DNA of 36,774 nt from Patescibacteria group bacterium (GCA_038322405.1 JBBQFV010000003.1:1-36774), one strand, 5' to 3'; shown: positions 17,001 through 26,650, numbered from the stretch's first letter. Numbers and translations: made by a program. Notes: a model not told the origin generated them from the letters alone.

Positions 17001-19966
17001 GTAAGCTTTTCGCTAAAGGTGGCGCTTGGGGTGCCATCAACGCCGCTACTGTTCCTAACCCTGATTGTAAACGTGTAGGTGCCAGCTGTGCCGGTAATAT
17101 CAATGCTGCCCGGACTGTTTGGAGTAACCGCAACGGTATGCTCACTGCTTCCACCTGGACCTGTTTGCGTAACGATGGCAGTTGTAACATCGGAGTTTGC
17201 AGGGTTTTGCCAGGCAATATGGATAGCTACTGGTGGAGGTCCAGCTTTCCCCGGGGTGTGAATAATATTGGTTACCGGCCCTGGACCACTTTGGGCAGCG
17301 GTTCCTTTGGTCACCGTAACCTGATCATGCTGGGTGAGGCCAAGGTCATTGTGGGCGACAGCTTGGATAGTGCTGTTGCCGTCGGGGAGCGAGGCGGCAT
17401 CGTAGCTCAAATCCCAAGGGGCAGCAGTTGCACTGCCAACCGATACGTTGTTAATAAAGAATTCTACCTTGGTAATGGCATGGGCACCGGCTGGCTTGGT
17501 AATAATCGTAAAGGTACCACTTACGTTTGAGCCGCTGACAGGTGCAGTAATGCTTATGGTCGGACGGTTGGCGTCCGTATGCACGTCATCACTCGATGTT
17601 GGCGGGTTATCGGTACAGCCATTGGCTTGGGCCCAGGCTTGGACGGGGTTTTCCCAGTTTGGGTTGTCAGGCACTTCCGAATGAATCTTGCAGAAATATT
17701 TCACCACTACATCTTCTGGAGGGGTAAGGTCAGTGGCCAATTTGCCAGTCGTTGTATCGATGTTCAGTTTTTGGTGTACGTCGTCGCTGGTGGTGGGGAT
17801 TTGCCACGGGGCAAAGACATCGGTAATAAGCTGGTCGGGTGGGCTTTGGTCAGTAGGGAGTTTGCCGGAAAGACGGTCAATGGTGACATTTTTCATATCA
17901 TCAGGGCGGGTGAAATCGACAACTGGCTTGCCTTTAAGGTATTCGGTCATGAACCGATTCCAAATAGGGGCAGCTACTACGGAGCCGTCAGCTCCCTTTA
18001 TCATAGTTTTGTTCGGTTCGTTGTTGCCAACCCAAACCGCAACGGCAATCTGAGGAGTAAAGCCTACAGTCCAAGCATCCCGGTCGCTCTGGGTTGTTCC
18101 ACTCTTAGCTGCTACTGGACGGTCCGGCCCCAGGGTGAGGAAATTCTTAGTGCCAAAGACAGGGGCGCGGGCATTATTATCGGAAAGGATGCTGGAAATT
18201 TGGTAAGCAACTTCAGGCTCAACTGCTTTGCTGGGTTGGTCTTGGGTATAGTCTTTTATCACTTGGCCACCGCGTTCAATTTTAAGGATGGGGCGCAGCG
18301 CGTTGACCATTCCACCGTTAGCAAACCCTGCATACGCTCCCGCCATTTCCACCGGCTCAACTTCACCCGAGCCAAGCACTAGGGAAAGCCCATAGCTTGC
18401 CGGATCGTTGTTCAAGGTGTTAATACCAAGCCGTTTGGCAGTGGCAATAGACTGACCAATACCTGCCAAGTAGAGGTTCTTTACTGCCGGAATATTTAGG
18501 GAACGGGATAAGGCATTACGGTTGGTGACAGGCCCGCTGAATTGGCCATTATAATTATTTGGCTTGTAGTTGCCGAAATCGGTAGGCACGTCGTAGGTAA
18601 TGGAAGCGGGGTTTGAGGTATGGTCTTTATCGAACTCGGTAGCATACACAAATGGTTTGAACGAAGATCCTGGCTGCAACTTTGCGGTAGCAAAGTTGGT
18701 ATTCCCCGATTTGGAAGTGTTGTAGTCGATGCTCCCGACCATTGCCAAAACCTCCCCGGTTTTAGGATCAACTGCAGTAATGGAGGCATTGCTTGCCTGA
18801 TATTTGCTAACTGCGGCTGGCCCCATGCTAGACAGAATGCCACTGGCCAAGTTTTGGGTATCGAGGTCAAGCGAGGTGGTAACGGTAAAGCCTGCTTGGT
18901 CAAGGGTAAGTTCTGCAGCCTTTGGATCGCCACTAATGAAGTTAATAAGCTGTTGGCGTACGTAAAACACAAAGTGTGGGGCAACTAAGTCGGTACGGGG
19001 GGCAAAGGTCGGGTCGTCGACACTCGGGCGGGCTTTTTTAGCGGCATCAGCGTCGGCTTGGGAAATGTCGCCAGTCTTCACCATGCGGTCAAGAACGAAT
19101 TTCTTGCGTTCAAACAGGGCAGGCAAGTTGTTGCCGAACGGCGAATAGTAGGTTGGCTGCTGAGGAATGGCGGCTAAGGTTGCGGCTTCTGAGAGGTTCA
19201 GGTCTTTAGCCGATTTGCCAAAATAAGTTTGGGCAGCTGCCTCAATGCCGTAGGCATTGGCACCGTAGGGAATTTCGTTCAGGTAGCCGGTGAGGATTTC
19301 GTCCTTGCTGTAAATTTGTTCAACTTCAACGGCCAAAATGATTTCCTGCAGCTTGCGCGAGGCAGTTTGGGCTTTAGATACCAGCTGTGCATTGCGCACG
19401 TACTGCTGGGTAATGGTGGAGCCGCCCCCGCTCACCCGGCCACCACAAATAGGCAGGCGACAAATAACGGCGCGAGCAAGGCCTTTCACGTCAATTCCTG
19501 GGTGACTGTAAAAGTTGGCGTCTTCGAGGGAAACGGTCGCCTGTTTTACAAAAGTACTAATTTTGTCACTAGTAACGAGCGTGCGGTTTTCTTCGCCATA
19601 AAAGCTATAAAGCGATTTGCCGTTGCGGTCGAGAATTTTAGTGGATTCGACGTTCGGGCGTTCAGTAAGCTTACGTGGGTTTGGCAAGTCCCGCACGTAG
19701 TAGGCAAAAAGCGCAGCAATAATCACTAAAAATACTGCCGCAGTAGCGCCTACCCAAATGAAAAATTTCTTCCAACTCCAGCGGAAGGGCTCGGTGCGTT
19801 TTCTGAAAGGATTGAGTCGTGCTGGGTTAAGACGCTGCCACCACTTAAGGGGAACAACAGGTTTAGAATAAAGAGCCGCTTTAGGAAGGGGCCGGCTGGG
19901 CCGCACTGAACGGACGTTCAGGGGGTTGAGTTTGCTCGAGCGCTTTACTTTGCGGCGGAGTGCCAT
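16997..19966 (-). CDS. Class A bifunctional PBP (PBP1A family) with C-terminal Ig/FnIII-like extensions
   Basis: EDANFYSHPG, GGSTITQQ (transglycosylase); QPGSSFKP, SLN, KSGT (transpeptidase); beta-rich C-terminal ~190 aa. Confidence 0.93.
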   Translation of the reverse strand: MALRRKVKRSSKLNPLNVRSVRPSRPLPKAALYSKPVVPLKWWQRLNPARLNPFRKRTEPFRWSWKKFFIWVGATAAVFLVIIAALFAYYVRDLPNPRKLTERPNVESTKILDRNGKSLYSFYGEENRTLVTSDKISTFVKQATVSLEDANFYSHPGIDVKGLARAVICRLPICGGRVSGGGSTITQQYVRNAQLVSKAQTASRKLQEIILAVEVEQIYSKDEILTGYLNEIPYGANAYGIEAAAQTYFGKSAKDLNLSEAATLAAIPQQPTYYSPFGNNLPALFERKKFVLDRMVKTGDISQADADAAKKARPSVDDPTFAPRTDLVAPHFVFYVRQQLINFISGDPKAAELTLDQAGFTVTTSLDLDTQNLASGILSSMGPAAVSKYQASNASITAVDPKTGEVLAMVGSIDYNTSKSGNTNFATAKLQPGSSFKPFVYATEFDKDHTSNPASITYDVPTDFGNYKPNNYNGQFSGPVTNRNALSRSLNIPAVKNLYLAGIGQSIATAKRLGINTLNNDPASYGLSLVLGSGEVEPVEMAGAYAGFANGGMVNALRPILKIERGGQVIKDYTQDQPSKAVEPEVAYQISSILSDNNARAPVFGTKNFLTLGPDRPVAAKSGTTQSDRDAWTVGFTPQIAVAVWVGNNEPNKTMIKGADGSVVAAPIWNRFMTEYLKGKPVVDFTRPDDMKNVTIDRLSGKLPTDQSPPDQLITDVFAPWQIPTTSDDVHQKLNIDTTTGKLATDLTPPEDVVVKYFCKIHSEVPDNPNWENPVQAWAQANGCTDNPPTSSDDVHTDANRPTISITAPVSGSNVSGTFTIITKPAGAHAITKVEFFINNVSVGSATAAPWDLSYDAASLPDGNSTIQAVAHNDLGLTQHDQVTVTKGTAAQSGPGPVTNIIHTPGKAGPPPVAIHIAWQNPANSDVTTAIVTQTGPGGSSEHTVAVTPNSPGSIDITGTAGTYTFTIRVRNSSGVDGTPSATFSEKLT

Positions 19967-20007
19967 GGTAATTGAAGCGTACCAGAAAAATAGGTACAGT
20001 TACAGAT
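19967..20007. promoter_or_regulatory. Overlapping divergent promoters for PBP and tyrS
   Basis: Plus strand: TTGAAG 19972-17-TACAGT 19995-20000, 7 nt before ATG. Minus strand: TGgTACGCT 19984-19976, 9 nt before ATG. Confidence 0.55.
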
Positions 20008-21219
20008 ATGACCATCTCTTTTAGTGTAGAAGACGTCCTTCAGACGGCAGTTTCCGAAATTATCGATGCCGAGCGCTTGCAAACCGCCCTCACGAGCGGG
20101 GAAAAGTTGCGCGTTAAACTTGGTATCGACCCGACAAGTCCGGATATACATTTAGGTCGAAGTATTCCCTTATGGAAATTGCGGGCGTTTCAAGAACTAG
20201 GTCACGAAATTTATCTTATAATAGGGGATTTTACTGGGCAGGTGGGGGACACTTCCGACAAAGAGAGCGAGCGGCCCATGATGACCATTGGCCAGATTAA
20301 TGAGAACATGGTGCGCTATGAGGAACAGCTGTGGATGGTACTCAACCCAGAAAAAAAGGAACAGGTCCACTTTCATCATAACAGCGAGTGGCTCAGCAAG
20401 CTCTCCCTTGGCGAACTGGCCGGACTTGCCGATGCCTTTTCGGTGAATACCTTTATCAAACGGGAACTGGTAGCCCGCCGTTTGGAAAGCGGCTCCCGGG
20501 TCAGCCTGCGCGAAATGCTCTACCCGGTTATGCAAGGTTATGACAGTTTAATGATAGAAGCCCACGTAGAGCTTGGTGGCACTGACCAGCGCTTTAACTT
20601 GCTAGCGGGTCGCACGCTGCAGGAGCAAAAAGGCCTGACTCCTCAAGTCTTAATAATGAACCCGCTCATTTCCAGCACCGACGGTCGTAAAATGAGCTCC
20701 AGTTGGGGTAATGTTATTTCTTTGTTGAATTCCTCAGCAGACAAATTTGGCAAAATGATGACAGTGCCTGACGACCAAATGACTGAGTACTTACTTGTCC
20801 TTCCACGCTCAATCTGGCCATTTAGTGCCGAGGAGTTGGCGAGTCGCATGGGCAACGAAAACCCACGTGACCTTAAGATGCAATTGGCGTGGACCTTAGT
20901 TGCGCTGTATCACGGCGAACAAGAGGCTGACCGGGTAAAAGAGGCATACATTAGTCAATTTAGTGAAGGGCAACTCCCTGAAGATATCCAAGAAGTTTCT
21001 CTGAATGACTTGCCGCTAGAAAATGACAGCATTGAGTTAGTTGGCTTGCTTGTCCACCTGCAATTGGCACCAAGTCGCACTGAAGCACGCCGCTTAATTG
21101 AGCAAGGTGGGGTGCGGATAAACGGTGATGCGCAAAGTGACGTTTTTCTGACAATCACTCCTCAGGACCAAATGCTTATCCAAGTGGGCAAGCGTAATTT
21201 CCGTCGGCTTATTGCATGA
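20008..21219 (+). CDS. tyrS: Tyrosine--tRNA ligase (start revised to ATG 20008)
   Basis: GIDPT, HLGR (HIGH-like), GGTDQ, KMSSS, C-terminal S4 domain. Confidence 0.96.
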   Translation: MTISFSVEDVLQTAVSEIIDAERLQTALTSGEKLRVKLGIDPTSPDIHLGRSIPLWKLRAFQELGHEIYLIIGDFTGQVGDTSDKESERPMMTIGQINENMVRYEEQLWMVLNPEKKEQVHFHHNSEWLSKLSLGELAGLADAFSVNTFIKRELVARRLESGSRVSLREMLYPVMQGYDSLMIEAHVELGGTDQRFNLLAGRTLQEQKGLTPQVLIMNPLISSTDGRKMSSSWGNVISLLNSSADKFGKMMTVPDDQMTEYLLVLPRSIWPFSAEELASRMGNENPRDLKMQLAWTLVALYHGEQEADRVKEAYISQFSEGQLPEDIQEVSLNDLPLENDSIELVGLLVHLQLAPSRTEARRLIEQGGVRINGDAQSDVFLTITPQDQMLIQVGKRNFRRLIA

Positions 21220-22823
21220 TCGAAACTCTCGAAAAATATCTAAGAAATGTGCTCCAGGAGCTCGAGCATGAATACCCGAGTGACGTTGTGGTGTCCGAAC
21301 CACCAGCCCACATAGGTGCCGATTTTGCCACGAACGTTGCGCTCCAAGTAGCGCGGGCGGCCAGCGCCAATCCTCGCGAAGTGGCCGAAAAAGTGCGAGA
21401 GAAACTGCTTGCCAATGCCGATATTAGCAATGTGGAAATTGCTGGTCCGGGTTTTTTAAACATCGTACTAGCCGAATCTGCGTATACCAATGCATTAGCG
21501 AATGAGCAGCCTTCTCCCAAAGACAACAAAAAAGTGACAGTCGAATACATAAGTGCCAACCCAACGGGGCCACTGCATATAGGCAACGCGCGCGGTGGGC
21601 CAATGGGCGAAACAATTGCCAGGGTCCTAGAGAAGCAAGGAAATAAGGTGCACAGGGATTTTTACGTCAATAATGTTGGCGGCCAAGCCAACGTATTTGC
21701 CGCTAGCGTGCTGTACCACTATAAGTTACATTTTGGCGTGGAGAGCACATTCCCCGAGAAGGGCTACCCGGCGCCCTATGTTCAAGAACTTGGGGAAGAA
21801 ATAGCAACTGCCGAAGGTGATTACATCTTGCACCTGCCAGAAGCTGAGCAGGTAGAGGCAATGCGTAAAACAGCCATAGATCGGCAGGTCGCAAAAATAC
21901 GAGGGACGGTCGAACGAATGGGTATTCACTTCGATACCTGGAGCAATGAAAGCGAGCTAGTAGAAAGCGGCCGCTCAGCCGCGGTGCTGGAGCTACTCCA
22001 ACACAACAACGCTACCTTTGAAAAAGACGGGGCCGTTTGGCTATCGGCCGATATGCATGATGAGGACCGCGAAACGGTGCTGGTAAAATCGGACGGCACA
22101 ACAACCTACTTTTTAGATGACATTGCCTTTTACCGTATGAAGCTTGACGAATGGGGGAATGAGTACGGGGTTTGTGTGCTTGGCCCAGGCCATGTCGATC
22201 ACATTACGCGCATGAAAGCGGGCCTACGCGGCATTGGCCTCGATCCTGAGCGCTACCGCGGCAGTGTCTACCAACATGTGCAACTTAAGGAAAACGGCGA
22301 AAAGAAAAAAATGACCAAGCGCGAGGGGACATTTGTGACAGCCGACCAGGTGTTGGATGAAATTCCGCGCGATGTATTTACCTGGTTCATGTTAAGTAAG
22401 GCCGCCGAAACACACTTAGATTTCGACTTCCAGTTAGCCACAGATACCTCGGAAAAAAACCCAGTGTACTACGTGCAATATGCTCACGCCCGAATTTGCA
22501 GCGTGCTAGCCAAAGCTGAAGGTTATGACAAAAACATTACCACCGCGGGGTTAGGCTTTAACCCTGAGGAGCGGTCATTAATCCGTCACCTTGCTGCTTT
22601 TGAGCGGGTAATTGCCGATGTGGCCGCCACATATCGCACCCACCTCATTCCTGCTTACGTGTATGAGCTGGCCACGCGGTACCATCATTTTTACGCGCAC
22701 AACCGGGTGATGAGTGACGATCTAACCGAAGCTGCCCAACGCCTGCGCCTTAGCGCGCTAACCGCCGCCACTATCAAAGAAGGTTTGCAACTTATGAATA
22801 TCGTGGCTCAAGACAGAATGTAA
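21216..22823 (+). CDS. argS: Arginine--tRNA ligase
   Basis: GPGFLN, SANPTGPLHIGN, YVQYAHARI, DALR-type C-terminus. Confidence 0.97.
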   Translation: MIETLEKYLRNVLQELEHEYPSDVVVSEPPAHIGADFATNVALQVARAASANPREVAEKVREKLLANADISNVEIAGPGFLNIVLAESAYTNALANEQPSPKDNKKVTVEYISANPTGPLHIGNARGGPMGETIARVLEKQGNKVHRDFYVNNVGGQANVFAASVLYHYKLHFGVESTFPEKGYPAPYVQELGEEIATAEGDYILHLPEAEQVEAMRKTAIDRQVAKIRGTVERMGIHFDTWSNESELVESGRSAAVLELLQHNNATFEKDGAVWLSADMHDEDRETVLVKSDGTTTYFLDDIAFYRMKLDEWGNEYGVCVLGPGHVDHITRMKAGLRGIGLDPERYRGSVYQHVQLKENGEKKKMTKREGTFVTADQVLDEIPRDVFTWFMLSKAAETHLDFDFQLATDTSEKNPVYYVQYAHARICSVLAKAEGYDKNITTAGLGFNPEERSLIRHLAAFERVIADVAATYRTHLIPAYVYELATRYHHFYAHNRVMSDDLTEAAQRLRLSALTAATIKEGLQLMNIVAQDRM

Positions 22824-22906
22824 AATTTTCTTTGCCATGCAAAACTGCGTTTGCGCCAACATGCGCAAGCCGATCATTTTTCAAAATCGAGAAAAAGATT
22901 TCTCAT

Positions 22907-22942
22907 AAAAAAGCTGCCCTATTGTCGAAACAATAGAGCAGC
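22907..22942 (-). terminator. Intrinsic terminator with UUCG loop
   Basis: Minus strand GCTGCTCTATTGT-TTCG-ACAATAGGGCAGC-TTTTTT just after the 210-aa ORF stop. Confidence 0.9.
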
Positions 22943-22948
22943 AGAGAG

Positions 22949-23581
22949 TCAGCGAATCCAGCCAAACACCTGAAAGAGAGGAAAGAGAAACGACTCAACC
23001 TCGGTGGCTTTCGACTCTTTGGCGGTTACCGGAAGCAGCTCAAGCAGATCATAGTCAGGACGAAGTGTTCTCCAGAAAAATTCTTCCCTCAAGCTGTATT
23101 GAACCATCAGCAGCTCTTCGCCATTGTACTCGGGCAAGATTTGCACCTGGAAATGATCCCGGTTTTTATCCGCAAAGAAATCACCCGTATGGATGACTCC
23201 CACCGTACCTTGGGTGGGCATGTTCGGGTCCTCGAAAGGCCATAAGAACCGCCGTAGCATGGATTCATGTCCCTCTTCGGGAATAGCAAGAAGGATATGC
23301 TTAAGCATTTGTAGGCGAGCAGTCGCTTCTTCCACCTTGCATTTCCAAAGACGCGCGTACTGGGTTCCCGCAGCTTCAATGCCCGGGTGTTCATTCCAGA
23401 GCACCTTCTTGGTAGATTCTAGCGGTTCGCACCCTTGCAAGGGGTTGTCGAGCTGCTCAACCGTGCCATCAGCATGACAATAGAATGTCAGCTTATAATC
23501 ACCGTTGTGAGAAATACGATATCCCTTTCCCGCCTCTAGATCGAAACGGGTACATTTTCCATCACCTGTGTAGGTACCCAT
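22949..23581 (-). CDS. Orphan hypothetical protein, 210 aa
   Basis: Strong SD AGGAGGTG (23593-23586) and own terminator; no family recognised. Confidence 0.8.
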   Translation of the reverse strand: MGTYTGDGKCTRFDLEAGKGYRISHNGDYKLTFYCHADGTVEQLDNPLQGCEPLESTKKVLWNEHPGIEAAGTQYARLWKCKVEEATARLQMLKHILLAIPEEGHESMLRRFLWPFEDPNMPTQGTVGVIHTGDFFADKNRDHFQVQILPEYNGEELLMVQYSLREEFFWRTLRPDYDLLELLPVTAKESKATEVESFLFPLFQVFGWIR

Positions 23582-23661
23582 TTCCCACCTCCTATTGTCG
23601 ATGTCCGACTAATCAGGAGTTATGACAGAAAAGTGCCAAAATAGCAATGACTTAGACCGAA

Positions 23662-26073
23662 CTATGGCAGGTCGAACTCGTTCACCGTTTTGTCATTTAG
23701 CACCCAGAGCTTTTTTCCCTTGGGGTCAATGTCAAAGCCATGCACTTGAGTGAGGTCTTTGGGGAAGGCGTACTGGCGCACAAAGTCGCCGTTTTTGCTG
23801 AATTCTAACACTCGGGCAGTGGACCAAGTGCTGCTGGTAGCGCCGGCATCGAGCACGTAAATGCTGGAGTAGGCCTCGTCGGCAATGATGCCAATTGGTT
23901 GCACTAATTTCTGGGCCAAGTAGGGGACATTATTAAGCGTGAACGCAGTATCTTGTTTGCCGCTCACAAATTTCAGCAGACTTCCGTCACTTTTTAGCAC
24001 ATAAATGGAGCCGTCAATGGCGAAAGAGGTGGCTTTTTTAATATCGTACTTGTTGATATCGATAATACTCACGCCCTTACTGTAGGTGGTGCCAGAATTA
24101 GCATATTTCCAGAGTAAACCGGCCTTGGAATCGAGCACGTAGACATTACCGTTATAGGTACCGATTGAGTCGCCAACGGCAAAGTCACCCGCGGCTGGGG
24201 CAATGGGACGTAGCAAAGTCTGAGTGCCATTTTGGACAACCCGGAATACCTTATTGCCTTTGGTAAGGGCATAGCCCGCCGTATCGGTCTCGTTACTCTT
24301 GGCGGCTGACACAATGGTGTCATTTGGGTCACTAATAGGAATAGTTCCTTGGGTTTGTTTTACATCGCCAATACCGGTGCGCAACAGGTTGGTCGACGTT
24401 GGGTCCCAACCGTAAAAGTAGGGAAGGGCAGAGAAGAGACCGCGCGCTGTGGCAGTGAAGGCATATTGGGCGGTAGCGGCGGCAAAGCGGGTAGTTTTGC
24501 CAAGGGTATCCGACTGGCTTTGAATGGCCGTCAGTAGGGTGTCAGCCGCAGAGCGTTCGCTTGAACTTGGGTTATTGAGGGTATTGAGCTTGCTTATCGA
24601 GGTTTGAATGTCTTTCGATGCCTCAATGTCTTGGCTTAAGCCAATGGCGGTAGTTATTTTGGTTTCTAGCGCCTTAACATCAGTAATAATAGTTTCGTTG
24701 CTCGCAGCCCCGGCAGGGGCAGCAGTGCGGTGCGAGGCGCGCACGCCAATGAAAATCATGAGCAGCAAAATAAGGATGCCACCACCAAGAGCCGCAATTT
24801 TGCGGTGCATGGGGACGCGCAGCCAAATGACTGTGTTGTGGGTGAAGTTCTTTAGGAAGGCAACTATGGTACCCAGGAGGTTCTTGCTGTGGGTTTTAGC
24901 TACGCCAAGCAATCCCTGTTCGTCGGCAATCGGAGCTTTGTGTTCCAGGCTGCGTTCATCATCGGGAATGACCGAGGTGAAAATTTCCTCATCTTCTATC
25001 CGGGCGGTAGCGGCATCGGCAATTGCTTGCAGGTGCAGTTTCTCGCGGTGCTTCTTAGAGGCAATTACCTCGACTACTGGCTTTTCCGGCTCTTCGCCTT
25101 CAACTGGCGGCAGTTTGATTTTTTCTTGTTCAACTTGTTTTGGCTCGTCTTCCTTGGTGAGCGCTTCTTTGCCTCTTTGGACCAGCTCTCCCACTTTAGG
25201 GGCCACTTTTTCGGCAATGACAGTCTGGGCTTGTTTGGTAGCGGCACCTGCGGCGCTTCCCGCCTTAGCCCCTACTTTTTTGGCACGCTCGAGGAACGGC
25301 AGCATGCGTTTGCCAAACTTTTTAAGGCCACTCTGCATTTCCTCTTCCATGACTACTGTCTCAGGCTCTGGCTCATTAGGTAGCGAGGTAGCAAACTTAA
25401 AAATAAGGGTGGCAACGGCCGGGTTTTTTTCGCGCTTCAGCTCTTTGGCGATCGATTGGGCCGACTGGTAGGGAGTCGCAGTATTCAAGATGCGACGCAG
25501 CGCGTCGAGCGAAATTTCGCGGTACAGCTCGTGGTTGGCGACCAGTATTTGGTCGCCATCTTTAAGCTGGCCGGTGGCCAGGTTGGAGAAGGTTTTGAGC
25601 GGATGAGGATCTTGCGGTGTGGCGTTTGGATCGTCGGTGACCTGGCGAATGCGGTTGTTTTGCAACAGGTAGGCCGGGCAGCGGCCGGTTTGCGAAAAGT
25701 GCAGTTCTTCGCCCGAAAACACCATAAGGATGCCGTTCAAGTTGCCTATCCAGTCGGTTTCGCCTTCTTCGGAAACATTGTTTAAGGTTTGGTTTACAGC
25801 CCGAAGCAACAGCTCGAACTTGTCATCTATGTTGCCCTCCGCCTTTGGGTCGATGAGCTTAGGAAATTCGGCTTCAAGGGTTGCGTTCAGAGCGGGAAGC
25901 AATTTTGCCGATGGCAACCATGGCTGCATCACCTCAAAAAGGTAGGCAAGAACAATGTCATTACCAAGCTGACGGCTATTGGAAGCCGTTAAAACGCCAG
26001 AACTCAAAAAACGGTCAGAAAGTCGTTCCGGCGCTACAATCCGGCACAACTGAACCGCAAGCGAAGCACTCAT
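23662..26073 (-). CDS. Membrane protein: degenerate PP2C-like N-terminal domain, TM helix, C-terminal beta-propeller-like domain, 803 aa
   Basis: LHFSQTGRCPAYLLQ and GQLKDGDQILVA resemble the PP2C fold; TM at LGGGILILLLMIFIGV; repeated VYVLD/IYVL strands. Confidence 0.75.
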   Translation of the reverse strand: MSASLAVQLCRIVAPERLSDRFLSSGVLTASNSRQLGNDIVLAYLFEVMQPWLPSAKLLPALNATLEAEFPKLIDPKAEGNIDDKFELLLRAVNQTLNNVSEEGETDWIGNLNGILMVFSGEELHFSQTGRCPAYLLQNNRIRQVTDDPNATPQDPHPLKTFSNLATGQLKDGDQILVANHELYREISLDALRRILNTATPYQSAQSIAKELKREKNPAVATLIFKFATSLPNEPEPETVVMEEEMQSGLKKFGKRMLPFLERAKKVGAKAGSAAGAATKQAQTVIAEKVAPKVGELVQRGKEALTKEDEPKQVEQEKIKLPPVEGEEPEKPVVEVIASKKHREKLHLQAIADAATARIEDEEIFTSVIPDDERSLEHKAPIADEQGLLGVAKTHSKNLLGTIVAFLKNFTHNTVIWLRVPMHRKIAALGGGILILLLMIFIGVRASHRTAAPAGAASNETIITDVKALETKITTAIGLSQDIEASKDIQTSISKLNTLNNPSSSERSAADTLLTAIQSQSDTLGKTTRFAAATAQYAFTATARGLFSALPYFYGWDPTSTNLLRTGIGDVKQTQGTIPISDPNDTIVSAAKSNETDTAGYALTKGNKVFRVVQNGTQTLLRPIAPAAGDFAVGDSIGTYNGNVYVLDSKAGLLWKYANSGTTYSKGVSIIDINKYDIKKATSFAIDGSIYVLKSDGSLLKFVSGKQDTAFTLNNVPYLAQKLVQPIGIIADEAYSSIYVLDAGATSSTWSTARVLEFSKNGDFVRQYAFPKDLTQVHGFDIDPKGKKLWVLNDKTVNEFDLP

Positions 26074-26113
26074 GGAACTCAGTATACCCTGGTTATAGGG
26101 GCCGTGCTAGCCG

Positions 26114-26142
26114 TTGCTAAAGAGGAGAAAGTTCGGTAGAAT
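26114..26142 (+). promoter_or_regulatory. sigma70-type promoter TTGCTA-17-TAGAAT for the 6S-like RNA
   Basis: -35 at 26114-26119, -10 at 26137-26142; predicted start ~26149 coincides with the first paired base of the rod. Confidence 0.75.
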
Positions 26143-26148
26143 CAGCCA

Positions 26149-26275
26149 AGCTCGGACACTCCGTATGTAGTTAACTTTTCATGCATTGGGAATCCGATAT
26201 TTGCATGCCCTGTGGGGTGTGCGTGAGGGAACCCACCTGGATTTTTCCTGGCTGCATGGGCGGGGTGGACGGGCT
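26149..26275 (+). ncRNA. ssrS: 6S RNA-like rod with central bubble (compact, ~127 nt)
   Basis: End-to-end pairing rich in G-U (149-154/270-275, 157-164/260-267, 165-172/250-257, 187-195/227-235, 202-210/215-223; +26000), a 14/14-nt central bubble, and UGGGA...ACCCACCUG motifs flanking the bubble as recalled for Firmicute-type 6S RNAs. Confidence 0.7.
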
Positions 26276-26280
26276 GTTTC

Positions 26281-26309
26281 AAAATTAACCAGCCTTTTGG
26301 GCTGGTTAA
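26281..26309. terminator. Hairpin terminator between convergent 6S-like RNA and 102-aa ORF
   Basis: TTAACCAGCC 26285-26294 / GGCTGGTTAA 26300-26309; U-run on the minus strand. Confidence 0.7.
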
Positions 26310-26320
26310 GAGAGGAAAGC

Positions 26321-26629
26321 TCAATAAACTTTGAAAATATATTCTCTACGGTTTTTACCGGTTTGGGTAATGGTTTTTCGAAACAGAAAGCCGGTTTTGG
26401 TTTCAACAGAGACATTCTCTTCCCTACGGATTCTGAATCCCCTAGCAGGAAATTCATTGATGAGAGAAAGATCAATTTCAGCAGGAAGCTCTAAAAAGTG
26501 GCGGAGCCTCTCAACCTTTTCTGTCTCGGGAACTTGGGCCGCGCAAATTTCGATAGTCTTTACCATAACCAAAGCGTCGGTTTCAATGTAGTGGACGAGA
26601 TTGTCGAAGGACACAACGTTGTCGGACAT
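26321..26629 (-). CDS. Orphan hypothetical protein, 102 aa
   Basis: ATG start, protein-like composition, terminator immediately downstream. Confidence 0.65.
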   Translation of the reverse strand: MSDNVVSFDNLVHYIETDALVMVKTIEICAAQVPETEKVERLRHFLELPAEIDLSLINEFPARGFRIRREENVSVETKTGFLFRKTITQTGKNRREYIFKVY

Positions 26630-26650
26630 ACTGGGTTTTTATCAAGAAGG

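Noticed and set aside
17579-18382. 267-aa plus-strand ORF
   Set aside because: Antisense shadow of the PBP gene.
22840-22904. Small hairpins after argS
   Set aside because: Short stems without a clear U-tail or recognisable motif; insufficient for a call.
24608-25471. 287-aa plus-strand ORF
   Set aside because: Antisense shadow of the 803-aa gene, with biased composition.
26121-26136. GAGGAGAAAGTTCGG resembling the RNase P RNA motif
   Set aside because: It is the promoter spacer; no matching 3' P4 strand, and the downstream RNA is a simple rod.
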